A DNA stretch of 64,000 bases, taken from positions 1,152,001-1,216,000 of the forward strand of contig CAWJWJ010000002.1 in NCBI GenBank assembly GCA_963846575.1, given 5' to 3'. The notes beneath the pieces were generated by a model. That model was not told the DNA's origin, did not search any database, and worked only from the letters and a program-made list of their open reading frames with translations. This DNA comes from an uncultured Nitrospiraceae bacterium (GTDB lineage Bacteria > Nitrospirota > Nitrospiria > Nitrospirales > Nitrospiraceae). The position numbers were made by a program, and so were the translations under genes. Shown here piece after piece: positions 1 through 9,534 of this stretch (position 1 is the first letter of the stretch; the number at the start of each line of letters is the position of its first letter).

Positions 1-1470
1 ACCTTCGAGGCCATCATTCCGAGACTGCCGGCTCTCCGGGAACTCGGCATCACTGCCGTGGAGTTAATGCCCGTGGGCCAGTTTCCCGGTTCGAGGAATT
101 GGGGTTATGACGGGGTCTACCTGTATGCCCCTCAGCAGAGCTACGGGGGACCATCAGGATTGCAGCGACTCGTGGATGCCTGCCACCGCGAGGGCATGGC
201 CTGTTTCCTTGACGTGGTCTATAACCACGTCGGTCCCGAGGGGAGTTACCTGTCGGAGTTCGGTCCATACTTCACCGACCACTATCGGACGCCCTGGGGT
301 CATGCGGTCAATTACGACGGGCCGGGAAGTGAAGCCGTGCGGACCTTCGTCACAGACAACGTCCGCATGTGGATCCGGGACTACCACCTGGACGGCCTGA
401 GGCTGGATGCGGTCCACGCAATCTATGACTTCGGCGCCCGGCACATTTTACAGGACATCAAGGAGGCGGCGGATCAGGCCGCGGAGGGACGCGGGTACGA
501 GGCTCAGATCGTGGCGGAAAGCGATCTGAACGACGTGCGCCTCCTCCTACCGAAGGAGCGCGGCGGCTACGGTCTCGATGCGCAATGGAGTGACGATTTT
601 CACCATACGGTCCACGCATTGTTGACCGGAGAGCGGCAGGGGTACTACGCGGACTATGGCGATCCGGAACAGCTCAGAAAGGTGCTCGACGACACCTTTG
701 TTCTGGACGGCTGCTTCAGCCGGCATCGCGATCGCTGCCATGGGGCGCCGGTAGCCGGACTTCCGGGAGATCGATTCGCCGGATGCATTCAGAATCACGA
801 TCAAATCGGCAACCGGGCCGTGGGTGAGCGGCTCGGGGTGCTCATTACCCCGCCGGCCCAACGGTTGGCCGCGACACTGCTGTTGCTGGCTCCGCATCTT
901 CCTCTGCTCTTTATGGGGGAAGAGTATGGCGAAACCGCGCCGTTTCAGTTCTTCTGCTCCTTCGAAGGAGCGGAGTTGATTGAGGCGGTGCGCCAGGGCC
1001 GGAAGAGGGAATTCGAAGCCTTTCATGCGGAGGGTGTGGTGGCACCGGATCCCCAGTCGGAAGAGACCTTCGATCGCTCCCGTCTCAGCTGGCGCTGGCA
1101 GGACCAGCCGCACCGCGCCGGACTCAGACGGCTGTATGCAGAGTTGCTCGCGGCGAGACGGTCGTGCGCTCCGCTGCGAAACTTCTCCCAACGGGCGGCA
1201 ACGCTGCATCAAGGTCCTTCCGGTCCCGTCGTGCTGGAGCTGATTCGAGGGGGGACGAAGCCGGACGCCGACAAGACGGTCCAGGCTTTCTGCAATCTCA
1301 CGGCTGAACCGCAACGATTGCCGGCAGTGACTCCGCAGACGTTGCTGTTCAGCTCCGAGTCGACCCGTTTCGACGGGGGACGCACCTCGGCAGCGAGGCC
1401 GGAAGCGCTGCTTCCATTTGAGTGCCTGCTCTTCGGGTCGAGCGCTTCGAACTATCCGCGCGTGGAATAG
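1..1470 (+). CDS. treZ: Malto-oligosyltrehalose trehalohydrolase (GH13), 5'-truncated by the window edge
   Basis: Frame is open from base 1 (TFEAIIPRLPALRELGITAVELMPV). TreZ/GH13 motifs present: RNWGYDGV, DVVYNH, GLRLDAVHAI, AQWSDDFHH, QNHDQIGNRA, LFMGEEYG. Confidence 0.93.
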   Translation, partial: TFEAIIPRLPALRELGITAVELMPVGQFPGSRNWGYDGVYLYAPQQSYGGPSGLQRLVDACHREGMACFLDVVYNHVGPEGSYLSEFGPYFTDHYRTPWGHAVNYDGPGSEAVRTFVTDNVRMWIRDYHLDGLRLDAVHAIYDFGARHILQDIKEAADQAAEGRGYEAQIVAESDLNDVRLLLPKERGGYGLDAQWSDDFHHTVHALLTGERQGYYADYGDPEQLRKVLDDTFVLDGCFSRHRDRCHGAPVAGLPGDRFAGCIQNHDQIGNRAVGERLGVLITPPAQRLAATLLLLAPHLPLLFMGEEYGETAPFQFFCSFEGAELIEAVRQGRKREFEAFHAEGVVAPDPQSEETFDRSRLSWRWQDQPHRAGLRRLYAELLAARRSCAPLRNFSQRAATLHQGPSGPVVLELIRGGTKPDADKTVQAFCNLTAEPQRLPAVTPQTLLFSSESTRFDGGRTSAARPEALLPFECLLFGSSASNYPRVE

Positions 1471-1619
1471 GCGGAACAGGTGGTGAGAGAGAGGGCGATC
1501 CAGCCGGCTCTCTCAACGAGGGGAGAATCTCAGCGGGGGATCGTCGAGCTCCGGTGCAGACTGCCGGGGCGATGCGGCGAGGGCGGGGACGGGTGGGTCC
1601 CGGCACACCCCGCGTGCCA

Positions 1620-1985
1620 TCACCCGGCGGAGCAGCGGCGCACGATACGATTCCTGTGATCGACGTGTATGACGCTCCGTTCCTGCCGGCGGAGCATCCT
1701 GACGTCAATATGTTCAAAACCGGAAATGATCAACCGGTCTCCCCGGACGCCGTGACGGGGTGACGGCCCATTGAGAATGATCTCCCCCCGGCCGGGCCTT
1801 CCTTTCCTGGCATTCACAAGAAACTGTTCTCCGTTATTCAGATTGGAGCACAGGATCGTTTCATGAGGAAGGATGCCGGCGGCATCGAGAAGGCGTGCAT
1901 CGACCGTGATGCCGCCCGCCGGTTGGCGCGATGTCCCGGTCACCGTGATCGGATAGATCTGACTTCGCAAGAATCGTCGAAACAT
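1620..1985 (-). CDS. panD: Aspartate 1-decarboxylase (PanD)-like protein, catalytic residues substituted
   Basis: Colinear with PanD (ITVDARLLDAAGILPHE, NLNNG, IILNG, GDRLII), but Gly24-Ser25 reads Gly-Gly and K9/H11/R54/T57/Y58 are all replaced. Confidence 0.7.
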   Translation of the reverse strand: MFRRFLRSQIYPITVTGTSRQPAGGITVDARLLDAAGILPHETILCSNLNNGEQFLVNARKGRPGRGEIILNGPSPRHGVRGDRLIISGFEHIDVRMLRRQERSVIHVDHRNRIVRRCSAG

Positions 1986-2094
1986 GATGGCCTCGGTGAC
2001 TCACGTGTCAGCCGCTCCCGCTCGTGGGTGACAGGTCCCGGCGTCATGGACGGGGGGCGGTGAGCGTCCTGCTAAAAATGAAAGAAAGTCGGAG

Positions 2095-2538
2095 TCAATG
2101 TTTGGGGACGAGAAGGGTCCCGGGCGCGGCTTGGACACATTCGTCTTGCAGAAATGAGGCCTGCTCATCGCGCCTCACTCGAAGCGTCTGCTCTTCCTCC
2201 GTCTTTCCGGCATCGCGTGAGGCGACGATCGCCGTATCCAGCAATCCTATTGCCTCACCGGCTTCACGACATTTGCGTTCCGCCGCGGCCCGGAGATAGG
2301 CGTCGAGAAGCTCATGCTGCCTGGCATGGGCCTCTTCGCGCGAGGATTTCATTCCGGCAGTGGCGTCCAGCTCCCTGGTTGCCTCCAGGAGTTCTTTGGG
2401 AATCGGTCCGCGCTCAAAGAGCTCTTGTAGGTCGTTGGCGCTGTGGGCGGCGGCGGAAAGCGGAGAGTGACACGAGACCGCGAGCACGAGGAGGGCACAG
2501 TACCGTAGCACCCGTCCTAGATGTCCTGCATTAGCCAT
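2095..2538 (-). CDS. Hypothetical secreted helical protein
   Basis: ATG at 2538 (MANAGHLGRVLRYCALLVLAVSCHSPLSAAA) gives a signal-peptide-like N-terminus followed by a charged helical body. Confidence 0.55.
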   Translation of the reverse strand: MANAGHLGRVLRYCALLVLAVSCHSPLSAAAHSANDLQELFERGPIPKELLEATRELDATAGMKSSREEAHARQHELLDAYLRAAAERKCREAGEAIGLLDTAIVASRDAGKTEEEQTLRVRRDEQASFLQDECVQAAPGTLLVPKH

Positions 2539-2652
2539 GGAGACCGGGCCCTTGTCGTGCCGCGAAGGCACAGTGCGTTGCCGGAAGGTGATTCGCCCCG
2601 TCATTCGAACCGATAGGTTCATCGCGGCTGAACTCAAGGCCATCGTCGCATC

Positions 2653-2823
2653 TCACTTGGACCAAAGATATTGCAGGATGTCGCCGGCGTCCTTGCGGAG
2701 CCTGAATGATTCGGTTTTGTTGTGCTCGTTCATCCAGATGACGACGTACCCGGCCTCATCTGTGTCGATGCGCACGATTCGATTCACATTGATATAGCCC
2801 TTACCGTGCTGAATAAACTGCAT
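2653..2823 (-). CDS. Small hypothetical protein (56 aa), absent from the ORF track
   Basis: GAGGA RBS, then ATG: MQFIQHGKGYINVNRIVRIDTDEAGYVVIWMNEHNKTESFRLRKDAGDILQYLWSK*. It fills the gap between co-oriented genes. Confidence 0.6.
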   Translation of the reverse strand: MQFIQHGKGYINVNRIVRIDTDEAGYVVIWMNEHNKTESFRLRKDAGDILQYLWSK

Positions 2824-3012
2824 GGCCTGTTCCTCGGTCGTCGGTTGACTCCTATGCTGCGCGTCCGATGACGGGAAATCCGGTCACATCAATTCCCGTT
2901 CAATCCGATCCAGACGAGGCAGGCGTCCCCCGGCACGATCCTCACGACCGATGCCGGAGCTGTCACCGGGAGCCGCCCTTCCTCCATACACATCACGTCA
3001 GCCGGCTGCGTC

Positions 3013-3477
3013 TCATTTTCCTTTCGACTTGCTCATCAACGCTTCCTTGCGTTTCATGACCGTGGCCTCGAGCGCCTCCCAATCGATGTCGCTCTTCTCC
3101 GCCTTCGGCAGCATCTCGCCTTCTTCTTCTTCAACATGGTGTTTGACCAGTTCGCCCAATACTTTGAACTTCGCTTGAAACGTTTCGTCCTTCGGCTTGA
3201 GTTTCTTGAGCTCCTTGATCAGAACGTGCACGAGGTGATGCTCCTCGATCGCCTCGTTCATCAGGTCGTCCTCTTCGATTTCCTTTCTGATGGCGGGATA
3301 GATGAGTTTCTCCTCCAGTTCAGCATGGATTTCGAGTTCCATAATTGTCGTGGCCGCAATTTCTGCGCGATCCCGGCCCTCGGCCGACTCGAATTCTTCG
3401 AACAGTTCCTTTACCTTCGCGTGATCCTTTTTCAACATTGCGACAACTCCTGATGCGAATGCCGATTTCGTGGCCAT
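3013..3477 (-). CDS. Hemerythrin/HHE cation-binding domain protein
   Basis: AAGGAGG RBS before MATKSAF. Motifs LKKDH, H-AELEE-KLIYP, EEHH, HHVEEEE. Confidence 0.88.
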   Translation of the reverse strand: MATKSAFASGVVAMLKKDHAKVKELFEEFESAEGRDRAEIAATTIMELEIHAELEEKLIYPAIRKEIEEDDLMNEAIEEHHLVHVLIKELKKLKPKDETFQAKFKVLGELVKHHVEEEEGEMLPKAEKSDIDWEALEATVMKRKEALMSKSKGK

Positions 3478-3508
3478 ATCTGCCTCCTTATATGAATGAA
3501 GTAGTGAG

Positions 3509-3955
3509 TTAGAGAACCGGTGACCGCTTCGACCGTGACGGGTCGGACACATCCTGCACGACAGCTCCGGATGTCCTGGTATCCAGGGCCTCGACGACGA
3601 GGTCGCCCAACGACACGATCCCGACCAACCGCTTAGTGCGGGTGAGAATGGGAAGGCGACGGATCTGCTTTTCGGCCATGAGCTCCGCGGCGGTTTCCGC
3701 CTCCTCGTCCTCATAACAAAAGACCACTCCCGGCGTCATCGCGTCGCTGACCAGGGCCTGGACAGGATCACGGCCGATGGCCATGACCCGAAGGACCAGA
3801 TCTCTGTCAGTGATCATCCCGATGAGTGTTTCTCCATCGCACACCGGAATCGCGCCGACATCCAGGTCTTTCATTTTTCGCGCCGCATCAGCCGTGGTGG
3901 CTCTCGGAGAAATGATATCCACTGATGACGTCATGATGTCTTTCACCTTCGGCAT
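3509..3955 (-). CDS. CBS-domain-pair protein (Hrp1/YhcV-like)
   Basis: AGGAG RBS before MPKVKDIMT. Motifs DVGAIPV, GMITDRDL, QIRRLPI, GIVSLGDL. Confidence 0.9.
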   Translation of the reverse strand: MPKVKDIMTSSVDIISPRATTADAARKMKDLDVGAIPVCDGETLIGMITDRDLVLRVMAIGRDPVQALVSDAMTPGVVFCYEDEEAETAAELMAEKQIRRLPILTRTKRLVGIVSLGDLVVEALDTRTSGAVVQDVSDPSRSKRSPVL

Positions 3956-4110
3956 ACGAATCTCCTGGAGAGTGGATAGCATCCGAATTCTATCCGAGGT
4001 TAAGAAGAACGCGACTGGGCAAATCCCTGGAACGACCCTTCCTGCGTAAAAATTCTTTCTCGTGACCACACTGAAACGTGCCTGTGCATGAGCCGACAGT
4101 CACCGCCAGG

Positions 4111-4287
4111 TTACTGCCACGTCGTGCTGCGGTTTTCCGGATGGGCGTAAAGATGCGTACCCGCGAGGGGCTCGTCTGCCCCTGGGTCCGCGATGGACGC
4201 GCAATGAATGCATCGCCAGATAAACGTATCCGGAGAAAAGTCCGGCCGCCGTTCCACTAATAAATCCTGACAGCGCACGCAGCTCAT
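4111..4287 (-). CDS. Small zinc-ribbon-like protein (58 aa; CxxC...WRCxxC)
   Basis: GGAG RBS, then MSCVRCQDLLVERRPDFSPDTFIWRCIHCASIADP...; this is the 3' part of track ORF 4111..4473. Confidence 0.6.
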   Translation of the reverse strand: MSCVRCQDLLVERRPDFSPDTFIWRCIHCASIADPGADEPLAGTHLYAHPENRSTTWQ

Positions 4288-4667
4288 AAGATGACTCCAA
4301 TCGGTTGAAGGACCGGCGGGATGGTGCTGCATCGAGGTCAGACATGGTGTCTCCCGCGGCCGGCTCTGATCGTAACGGCCGGGAGCCCTCAACCCTACTA
4401 GGTCCAACCCTGGTCGCGTTGTCCTCTGTTGGGATGTCGCGCTCCGGCGGGAGGACCTGCGGGGAGGCAGCACCGTTCAGAGCACGAAGCGAAGGACAAC
4501 TTGTCGAGCGGAGACAGTTAGTCCGGCCAACAAGTCCGTGGGGCTCTGGTGACTGGCGTGAGTCCTGTTCGGGCTAGGTGCCTCAGGTGTTGGAAACGCG
4601 GCTCTGGCAGCGGTTCTGCGTGCATCGGCTGCAGGGAGAAGCGTCTGCGGGCCGGTGAGGTACGGCA

Positions 4668-4683
4668 AGGCCTGCCATTTGCA
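4668..4683 (+). promoter_or_regulatory. Candidate sigma54 -24/-12 promoter of the beta-barrel gene
   Basis: AGGCCTGCCATTTGCA: GG-N10-GC with TTGCA, about 80 nt upstream of the ATG at 4762. Confidence 0.5.
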
Positions 4684-4761
4684 GAGGGAGGGGGCGCGTG
4701 GTCGACAGCGCAATATTTACCACACTCAATGGTTCACCTTTATCACATGGAGGATCGTGCA

Positions 4762-5667
4762 ATGTTTTCTAAACGGTTTTCTAAACGACGGGCGGTGCAA
4801 TGCGTAGTGGTCTCGGGACTGGTATTTGGATCGGCAGTCACCGGCTTTACGCAATCGGCGGTGCCGGCTCAGGAGCAGCCAGTGGAAGTGGGACCGCGCA
4901 CAGGCGATCGAACCACTCAGGACCGGGTGGTCACGCGGGAACGCACCGGCGATCGGACGGTCGTGGAGGAACGGGTCGTGGAGCGGAGGAGAGAAGGGGA
5001 GGTCTACGTAGGAGGTTTCGGCGGCTTCACCTGGGGCCACAACTTTTCAGATGTGGAGGGGAGAGGAACCCTTGCCGGACAGTCGTTCGGAGGCCGTGAC
5101 CTGGCGAATTCCGGGGTGTACGGCGCGAAGATCGGATATTTCCATCCGGGCCGTCTGAACTGGCTGGGACTCGAAGTGGAAGGATTCAATTCGACCCCTC
5201 ATATTGAACAGGGTGGCGGCCTGCCCGGCGCCCATCTTCGGGTGACCACGCTCGCCTTTAATGCCATCGCCCGCACCAAGGTGGGGTGCCGGAATCGCGA
5301 CGACGTCCGCCGCGGGGATGTCGTTCATCGGGACGGCACGGTGCATGACGCCGACCACGACCGGACCCATTGGTCGGCGCTTGATGACAATCTACGTTGC
5401 CCCCTTCAGCTGTATGCGGGAGCGGGCCCCGGCATCTTTTTCGCCGAAACATCGAATCAGTTCGGCCGCAGCACCGATAACGGACGCATCGGCTTGAATG
5501 CATTGGCCGGCGTGAAATATTTCATGACCCGTAATCTGTCTGTCTATGCCGAATACAAGTTTAACTATGCTCAATTTGACTTTACCCAGATTCAAGGCAC
5601 CACGGCAGGGTTGACCGGTGACTACATGGCAAGCCATGTGGTCGGCGGCTTGGCCATGCACTTCTAG
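4762..5667 (+). CDS. Outer-membrane beta-barrel protein (OMP_b-brl/porin-like)
   Basis: GGAGG RBS, signal peptide, alternating aromatic/Gly strands (YVGGFGG, LYAGAGPG, GVKYF, YAEYKF) and C-terminal Phe (LAMHF). Confidence 0.8.
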   Translation: MFSKRFSKRRAVQCVVVSGLVFGSAVTGFTQSAVPAQEQPVEVGPRTGDRTTQDRVVTRERTGDRTVVEERVVERRREGEVYVGGFGGFTWGHNFSDVEGRGTLAGQSFGGRDLANSGVYGAKIGYFHPGRLNWLGLEVEGFNSTPHIEQGGGLPGAHLRVTTLAFNAIARTKVGCRNRDDVRRGDVVHRDGTVHDADHDRTHWSALDDNLRCPLQLYAGAGPGIFFAETSNQFGRSTDNGRIGLNALAGVKYFMTRNLSVYAEYKFNYAQFDFTQIQGTTAGLTGDYMASHVVGGLAMHF

Positions 5668-5733
5668 TCGCCGGTGGCGCACCCTGTCGCCACTCGACGG
5701 AAGAGCGATCTGTTTTTTACAATGGGGATGGCA

Positions 5734-5768
5734 TGCCGGAGGGAACGGCCAGTGCGTTCCCTCCGGCA
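5734..5768. terminator. Perfect 14-bp hairpin downstream of the OMP gene
   Basis: TGCCGGAGGGAACG-gccagtg-CGTTCCCTCCGGCA. No clear adjacent U-tract. Confidence 0.5.
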
Positions 5769-5840
5769 ACGGGGAGATGATTGGAGTGAAGACCCGGTTC
5801 TCGTGACTGACCACAAGGCCCTTACCCACGGGAGGTGAGT

Positions 5841-6044
5841 ATGCGATTATTCTCATCCACACTGGCGATAATGGCGCTGCCGGTTCTGTTGAGCGTTTCC
5901 GCGGGCTGCGATCAGGGCTCCAAACCATCTGATCGGCCCGCCGCGCCGGGGGCGACGTCCTCCGAACGTGGCGAGACCCATCCCCAACAACCGACCGGAG
6001 AGCCTCAAAGCGGCGAAGTGACTCAGCCTGCCGGTACGCGCTGA
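5841..6044 (+). CDS. Small low-complexity lipoprotein
   Basis: GGAGGT RBS, hydrophobic signal ending in lipobox-like SAG|C, then a P/Q/G/S-rich tail. Confidence 0.6.
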   Translation: MRLFSSTLAIMALPVLLSVSAGCDQGSKPSDRPAAPGATSSERGETHPQQPTGEPQSGEVTQPAGTR

Positions 6045-6134
6045 ACGGGAGTCCGAGAGGCAGGTTCAGGGAGGTTGACCAGGCCGTTGCGGACCTCCGG
6101 GGAAAAAGGGTGCTCTGTCGACTCGGCGGTCCGA

Positions 6135-6500
6135 TCAGCCGGAGGAGGCTTTGGGTTTCCGCGAAGGTGAGGCGGATGAGGCCGGCCCGGTTCTGCCGAA
6201 GAGGCGGCGCAACTCGTCTTTGGCGCGGTCCAACCGCTCCCGCTGGACGGCCGTGAGGTTTTTCCCCGCGCGGTTCATGTGAAAATTGAGCATGGACATG
6301 GCCGATTGAAACGCGGTGCCTTTTCTCCGGCGGCTCAGTTCGGCTGAGCGTTTGAGAGAGGCCGCAATCTTCTGAGCGCTTCGTTGGGTAAAGACGCCTT
6401 CTTCGAGGTCCAGGGCGTCACTGTTCTGCGTAACCGCGGCTGACCATTTTTTCGGTTTCTTGTTCTGTGTGCCGGCTGAGGACTTTGCCATCCGTGCCAT
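6135..6500 (-). CDS. DUF3175 family protein
   Basis: KWSAAVTQNSDALDLEEGVF...IAASLKRSAE.S.RRK...FQSAMSMLNF..NRAGKNL is the characteristic DUF3175 pattern. Confidence 0.85.
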   Translation of the reverse strand: MARMAKSSAGTQNKKPKKWSAAVTQNSDALDLEEGVFTQRSAQKIAASLKRSAELSRRRKGTAFQSAMSMLNFHMNRAGKNLTAVQRERLDRAKDELRRLFGRTGPASSASPSRKPKASSG

Positions 6501-6567
6501 CGACAATCCTTCCTTTCGCCATCGCAGGGTGAACGTCCACTCGATTCCCTTGCGCCTGCCTGAGGGC

Positions 6568-7578
6568 TCACGACCGGCGGGAGAGGTTCTTAATCATGAG
6601 ACCCGCCCCGAGCAGAGCCATTCCCGTCAGGACGGGATGGAGTGAAGCCGTCGTGTACAGACTGGATTCCGCGACGTGTCCCTGGTATTCGCCCCGTTCC
6701 TGCAGATCTCCCGACGGGCGGTCCAGGGCATTATCCCGGCGCGGCCTGGCAGGGGGACGATCCGATTGTTGCTGCCGGACCAAGAAGGATTCCATCAGTA
6801 GATCGGCCAGCCGCGGGGCGTAATACCCCAGCATCCCCATCCCTTTTCCTCCCGCCCCGACGAAGACATGCCGTTCAGGGCTCTCGGCGCAATGCAGGAT
6901 CGTCCTCGCCACGATGTCCGGCGCATAGACGGGCGGCGGATTGGTCGGTTCACTGTTCATGTAGTTCTTGGCGTGGCGCGAGTAGGGTGTGTCGATCGCA
7001 CCCGGTTGAATCAGGGTGACGGAGGTGGGGATCCGGTCCATCTCGAGTTCCATGCGTAACGCGTCGGTAAATCCCTTGACCGCATGTTTCGAGGCGGAGT
7101 AGATCCCCTGCAGAATCAGGGCGCGCTCGGAGAGCGTGCTTCCCACATTGATGATCGCGCTGGGCTGCAGGCGTTCCTTGAAATGCCGCGCCGCTTCCAA
7201 AGAGCCGTACACGAGGCCCCAGAAATTGGTTTCGAAGAGCCGCCGCATATCTTCGATCGGTTCATCGAGCAGCTTCCCGTAGATCGACACCCCGGCATTG
7301 TTCACCCAGGTGTCGAAGCCGCCGAACTTCTGTCGCGCGACTCGAGAGATCCGTTGAACGTCGGCGGGTTTTCCCACATCCGCGGTCACGGTCACGGCCC
7401 GCCGGTCCCCGTCGGAGAGTTCGCGATCGAGTTCCAGCAGGGCTGCATCGCTCCGTGCGGCGAGGACGAGGCGGGCTCCGGCCCGGCGTGCCATGCGGGC
7501 CGTCACGAGACCGATACCCGAAGAGGCGCCGGTAATGACGATGACTTGATCGCGGAGTTTTTTTAGACGCCTGGCCAT
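6568..7578 (-). CDS. Short-chain dehydrogenase/reductase with C-terminal membrane anchor
   Basis: TGASSGIG, NNAG, YSASK catalytic motif and a hydrophobic C-terminal tail. Confidence 0.9.
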   Translation of the reverse strand: MARRLKKLRDQVIVITGASSGIGLVTARMARRAGARLVLAARSDAALLELDRELSDGDRRAVTVTADVGKPADVQRISRVARQKFGGFDTWVNNAGVSIYGKLLDEPIEDMRRLFETNFWGLVYGSLEAARHFKERLQPSAIINVGSTLSERALILQGIYSASKHAVKGFTDALRMELEMDRIPTSVTLIQPGAIDTPYSRHAKNYMNSEPTNPPPVYAPDIVARTILHCAESPERHVFVGAGGKGMGMLGYYAPRLADLLMESFLVRQQQSDRPPARPRRDNALDRPSGDLQERGEYQGHVAESSLYTTASLHPVLTGMALLGAGLMIKNLSRRS

Positions 7579-7773
7579 GCGTGATTGCTCCTTTGCTGCC
7601 GGTCATGACATGCGCGACGCACTGCCGGAGAGGCCCTTCCGCCGCGCGGATCAGCTCATGCAGCCCGCCGCGCGGTGTTGCTGGCCGGGCCTCGTGAGGC
7701 TGGCGTGCCCGACGGCAAAGGGCCAGCCTGATTCACGCCCAGCGTCAGGGCAGAACCGGTCTCTCATAGGGCA

Positions 7774-7789
7774 GGCAAACGCTATACCA
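7774..7789 (-). promoter_or_regulatory. Candidate sigma54 -24/-12 promoter of the SDR-DUF3175 unit
   Basis: Minus strand TGGTATAGCGTTTGCC (TGGYAY-N5-TTGC). Confidence 0.55.
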
Positions 7790-7982
7790 CCGAACGTCTC
7801 GCGGGCAACGCAGGAACCCCAGGAATCAGAGAATCCAGGTCGGCGGCCGCTGACGAGCGGGGGACGAATTGTCCTGACCGGCACGTCCTGTCCGCAGTCG
7901 GGATACGTAGCTGATGAGCTGGACCGTGCATTGCAGAAGGGAACAGGTGAAGGCCGACCAGGTCGTGCGGTCGCTGGCTGGC

Positions 7983-9503
7983 TCATACTACGGCTGTGTG
8001 ATGTTGGTGCAGGTCACGAATGTCCACTCTCAGACGCGTGCGGCCAGTCCGACAGTTGTCGCATCGTCCGCAGTCCCTGCTGATCTCGCGGGAGAAGTAT
8101 CTGGTCAGGAACCGCACGCGGCAGTCGGTGGTTTGTCCGTACTTCATCATGGCCGCAAGACGACTTTCGTCCTGCCGATGCCGTTGGTCGTACTCTTCGA
8201 GATACAGGGCAAACTCGGACTCGTCACGAAATGCGCGCCGGCAAAGAAACCGGCGGCCTGTCGGCTCCACAATTCCGGCCCGCTCCAGGAGGGCGAGAAT
8301 CACACGGAGGCGACGCGGCGCAATGCCGGTGGTCTTGTGCAGGGATGCGACCGATCGCGGGCCCTGGTGGTCTTGGAATGACGCATCCCCCTGCAACGCG
8401 TGATAGACGCGGGCGCATTCCGCCTGCCGCGGATACTTTCCTCGTAAAAAATATGCCTGCACCCGCCGGTCCTCCAGCCGATACATGAGCGCCGCGAGCG
8501 CCGGTTGACCGTCTCTTCCCGCCCGGCCTGCCTCCTGAACATAACTCTCCAGGGAGTCTGGAAAGGCGTAGTGAATGACGAATCGAAGATCGGGCTTGTC
8601 GATGCCTAATCCGAAAGCCTTTGTGGCGACGATGACCCGGTAGCGATCCCGCATGAAGGCTTGCTGCGTAGACCGGCGCTCAATCAGTGTCATCCTGCCG
8701 TGATACTGACCGGCGGGGAGGCCTGCCCGGACAAGGCGCGCATACAACTCATCGGCTTGTCGAATGGTGGCTACATAGACGATTCCCGTCGCGTCGCCCT
8801 GTTCCTTCACGATCTGCAGGAGGCGCGCGAACTTCTCCTCTTCGTTGGGCGTGGCATAGACCTCGTACCTGAGGCTGGGCCGGTCTATCCCGTGATTGAC
8901 CACGAGGGCGTCGGGAATAGCCAGTTGGGTCAGGATGTCGGAGACCACCGCCGGGGTGGCGGTGGCCGTCAGGGCCAGCACCGGTGGGTGATCCAAGCTG
9001 TGTATGGCGTCGCGGATAGCCAGATAGGCCGGTCGAAAATCGTGTCCCCACTGAGAAATGCAATGGGCCTCATCCACGACGACCAGCGAGACGCCGCTCT
9101 CTCGAAGGAGATTCACATAGTCGGGCTGCTCCAGGCGTTCCGGAGTGACGTAGATCATTTCCGGTAGTTGATGGGTGATATCCCGCAGACATTGCCGTTC
9201 CTCCGGTGCCGTCAGGGTGCTGTTGATCACGGCAACCGGGATCTGTCGTCCCCTGAGTTTGTCTTCCTGATCCTGCATCAAGGAGATCAACGGGGAGATG
9301 ACGAGGACGGCACGGGGCAGAAACAAAGAAGGCAGTTGAAAGCAGAGTGATTTCCCGCCGCCGGTCGGCAGGATGCCGACCGCATCACGTCCGCTCAGGA
9401 CGGCCTCAATCAGCCGGCGTTGACCGGGGCGATAGGTCCTGACGCCGAGCAGGCGTTGCGCTTTACGCTCGTTTGCCGGCGACCACTTCCAGGCGGCGTT
9501 CAT
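7983..9503 (-). CDS. recQ: RecQ-family ATP-dependent DNA helicase (no HRDC domain)
   Basis: PTGGGKSLCFQLP, VDEAHCISQWGHDFRP, ALTATAT, FGLGIDKPD, QEAGRAGRDG and C-terminal Zn motif CR...CGRCDNC. Confidence 0.92.
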   Translation of the reverse strand: MNAAWKWSPANERKAQRLLGVRTYRPGQRRLIEAVLSGRDAVGILPTGGGKSLCFQLPSLFLPRAVLVISPLISLMQDQEDKLRGRQIPVAVINSTLTAPEERQCLRDITHQLPEMIYVTPERLEQPDYVNLLRESGVSLVVVDEAHCISQWGHDFRPAYLAIRDAIHSLDHPPVLALTATATPAVVSDILTQLAIPDALVVNHGIDRPSLRYEVYATPNEEEKFARLLQIVKEQGDATGIVYVATIRQADELYARLVRAGLPAGQYHGRMTLIERRSTQQAFMRDRYRVIVATKAFGLGIDKPDLRFVIHYAFPDSLESYVQEAGRAGRDGQPALAALMYRLEDRRVQAYFLRGKYPRQAECARVYHALQGDASFQDHQGPRSVASLHKTTGIAPRRLRVILALLERAGIVEPTGRRFLCRRAFRDESEFALYLEEYDQRHRQDESRLAAMMKYGQTTDCRVRFLTRYFSREISRDCGRCDNCRTGRTRLRVDIRDLHQHHTAVV

Positions 9504-9534
9504 GCGCGTGGACGGTCGCCGGCTTCAGAACTTC

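Noticed and set aside
3478..4761. Extended N-termini proposed by the ORF track (e.g. starts at 3714, 4069, 4549; also 17241, 33590, 46390)
   Set aside because: They overlap neighbouring genes or promoters. Downstream starts have clear RBSs or overlap coupling and match the family N-termini.
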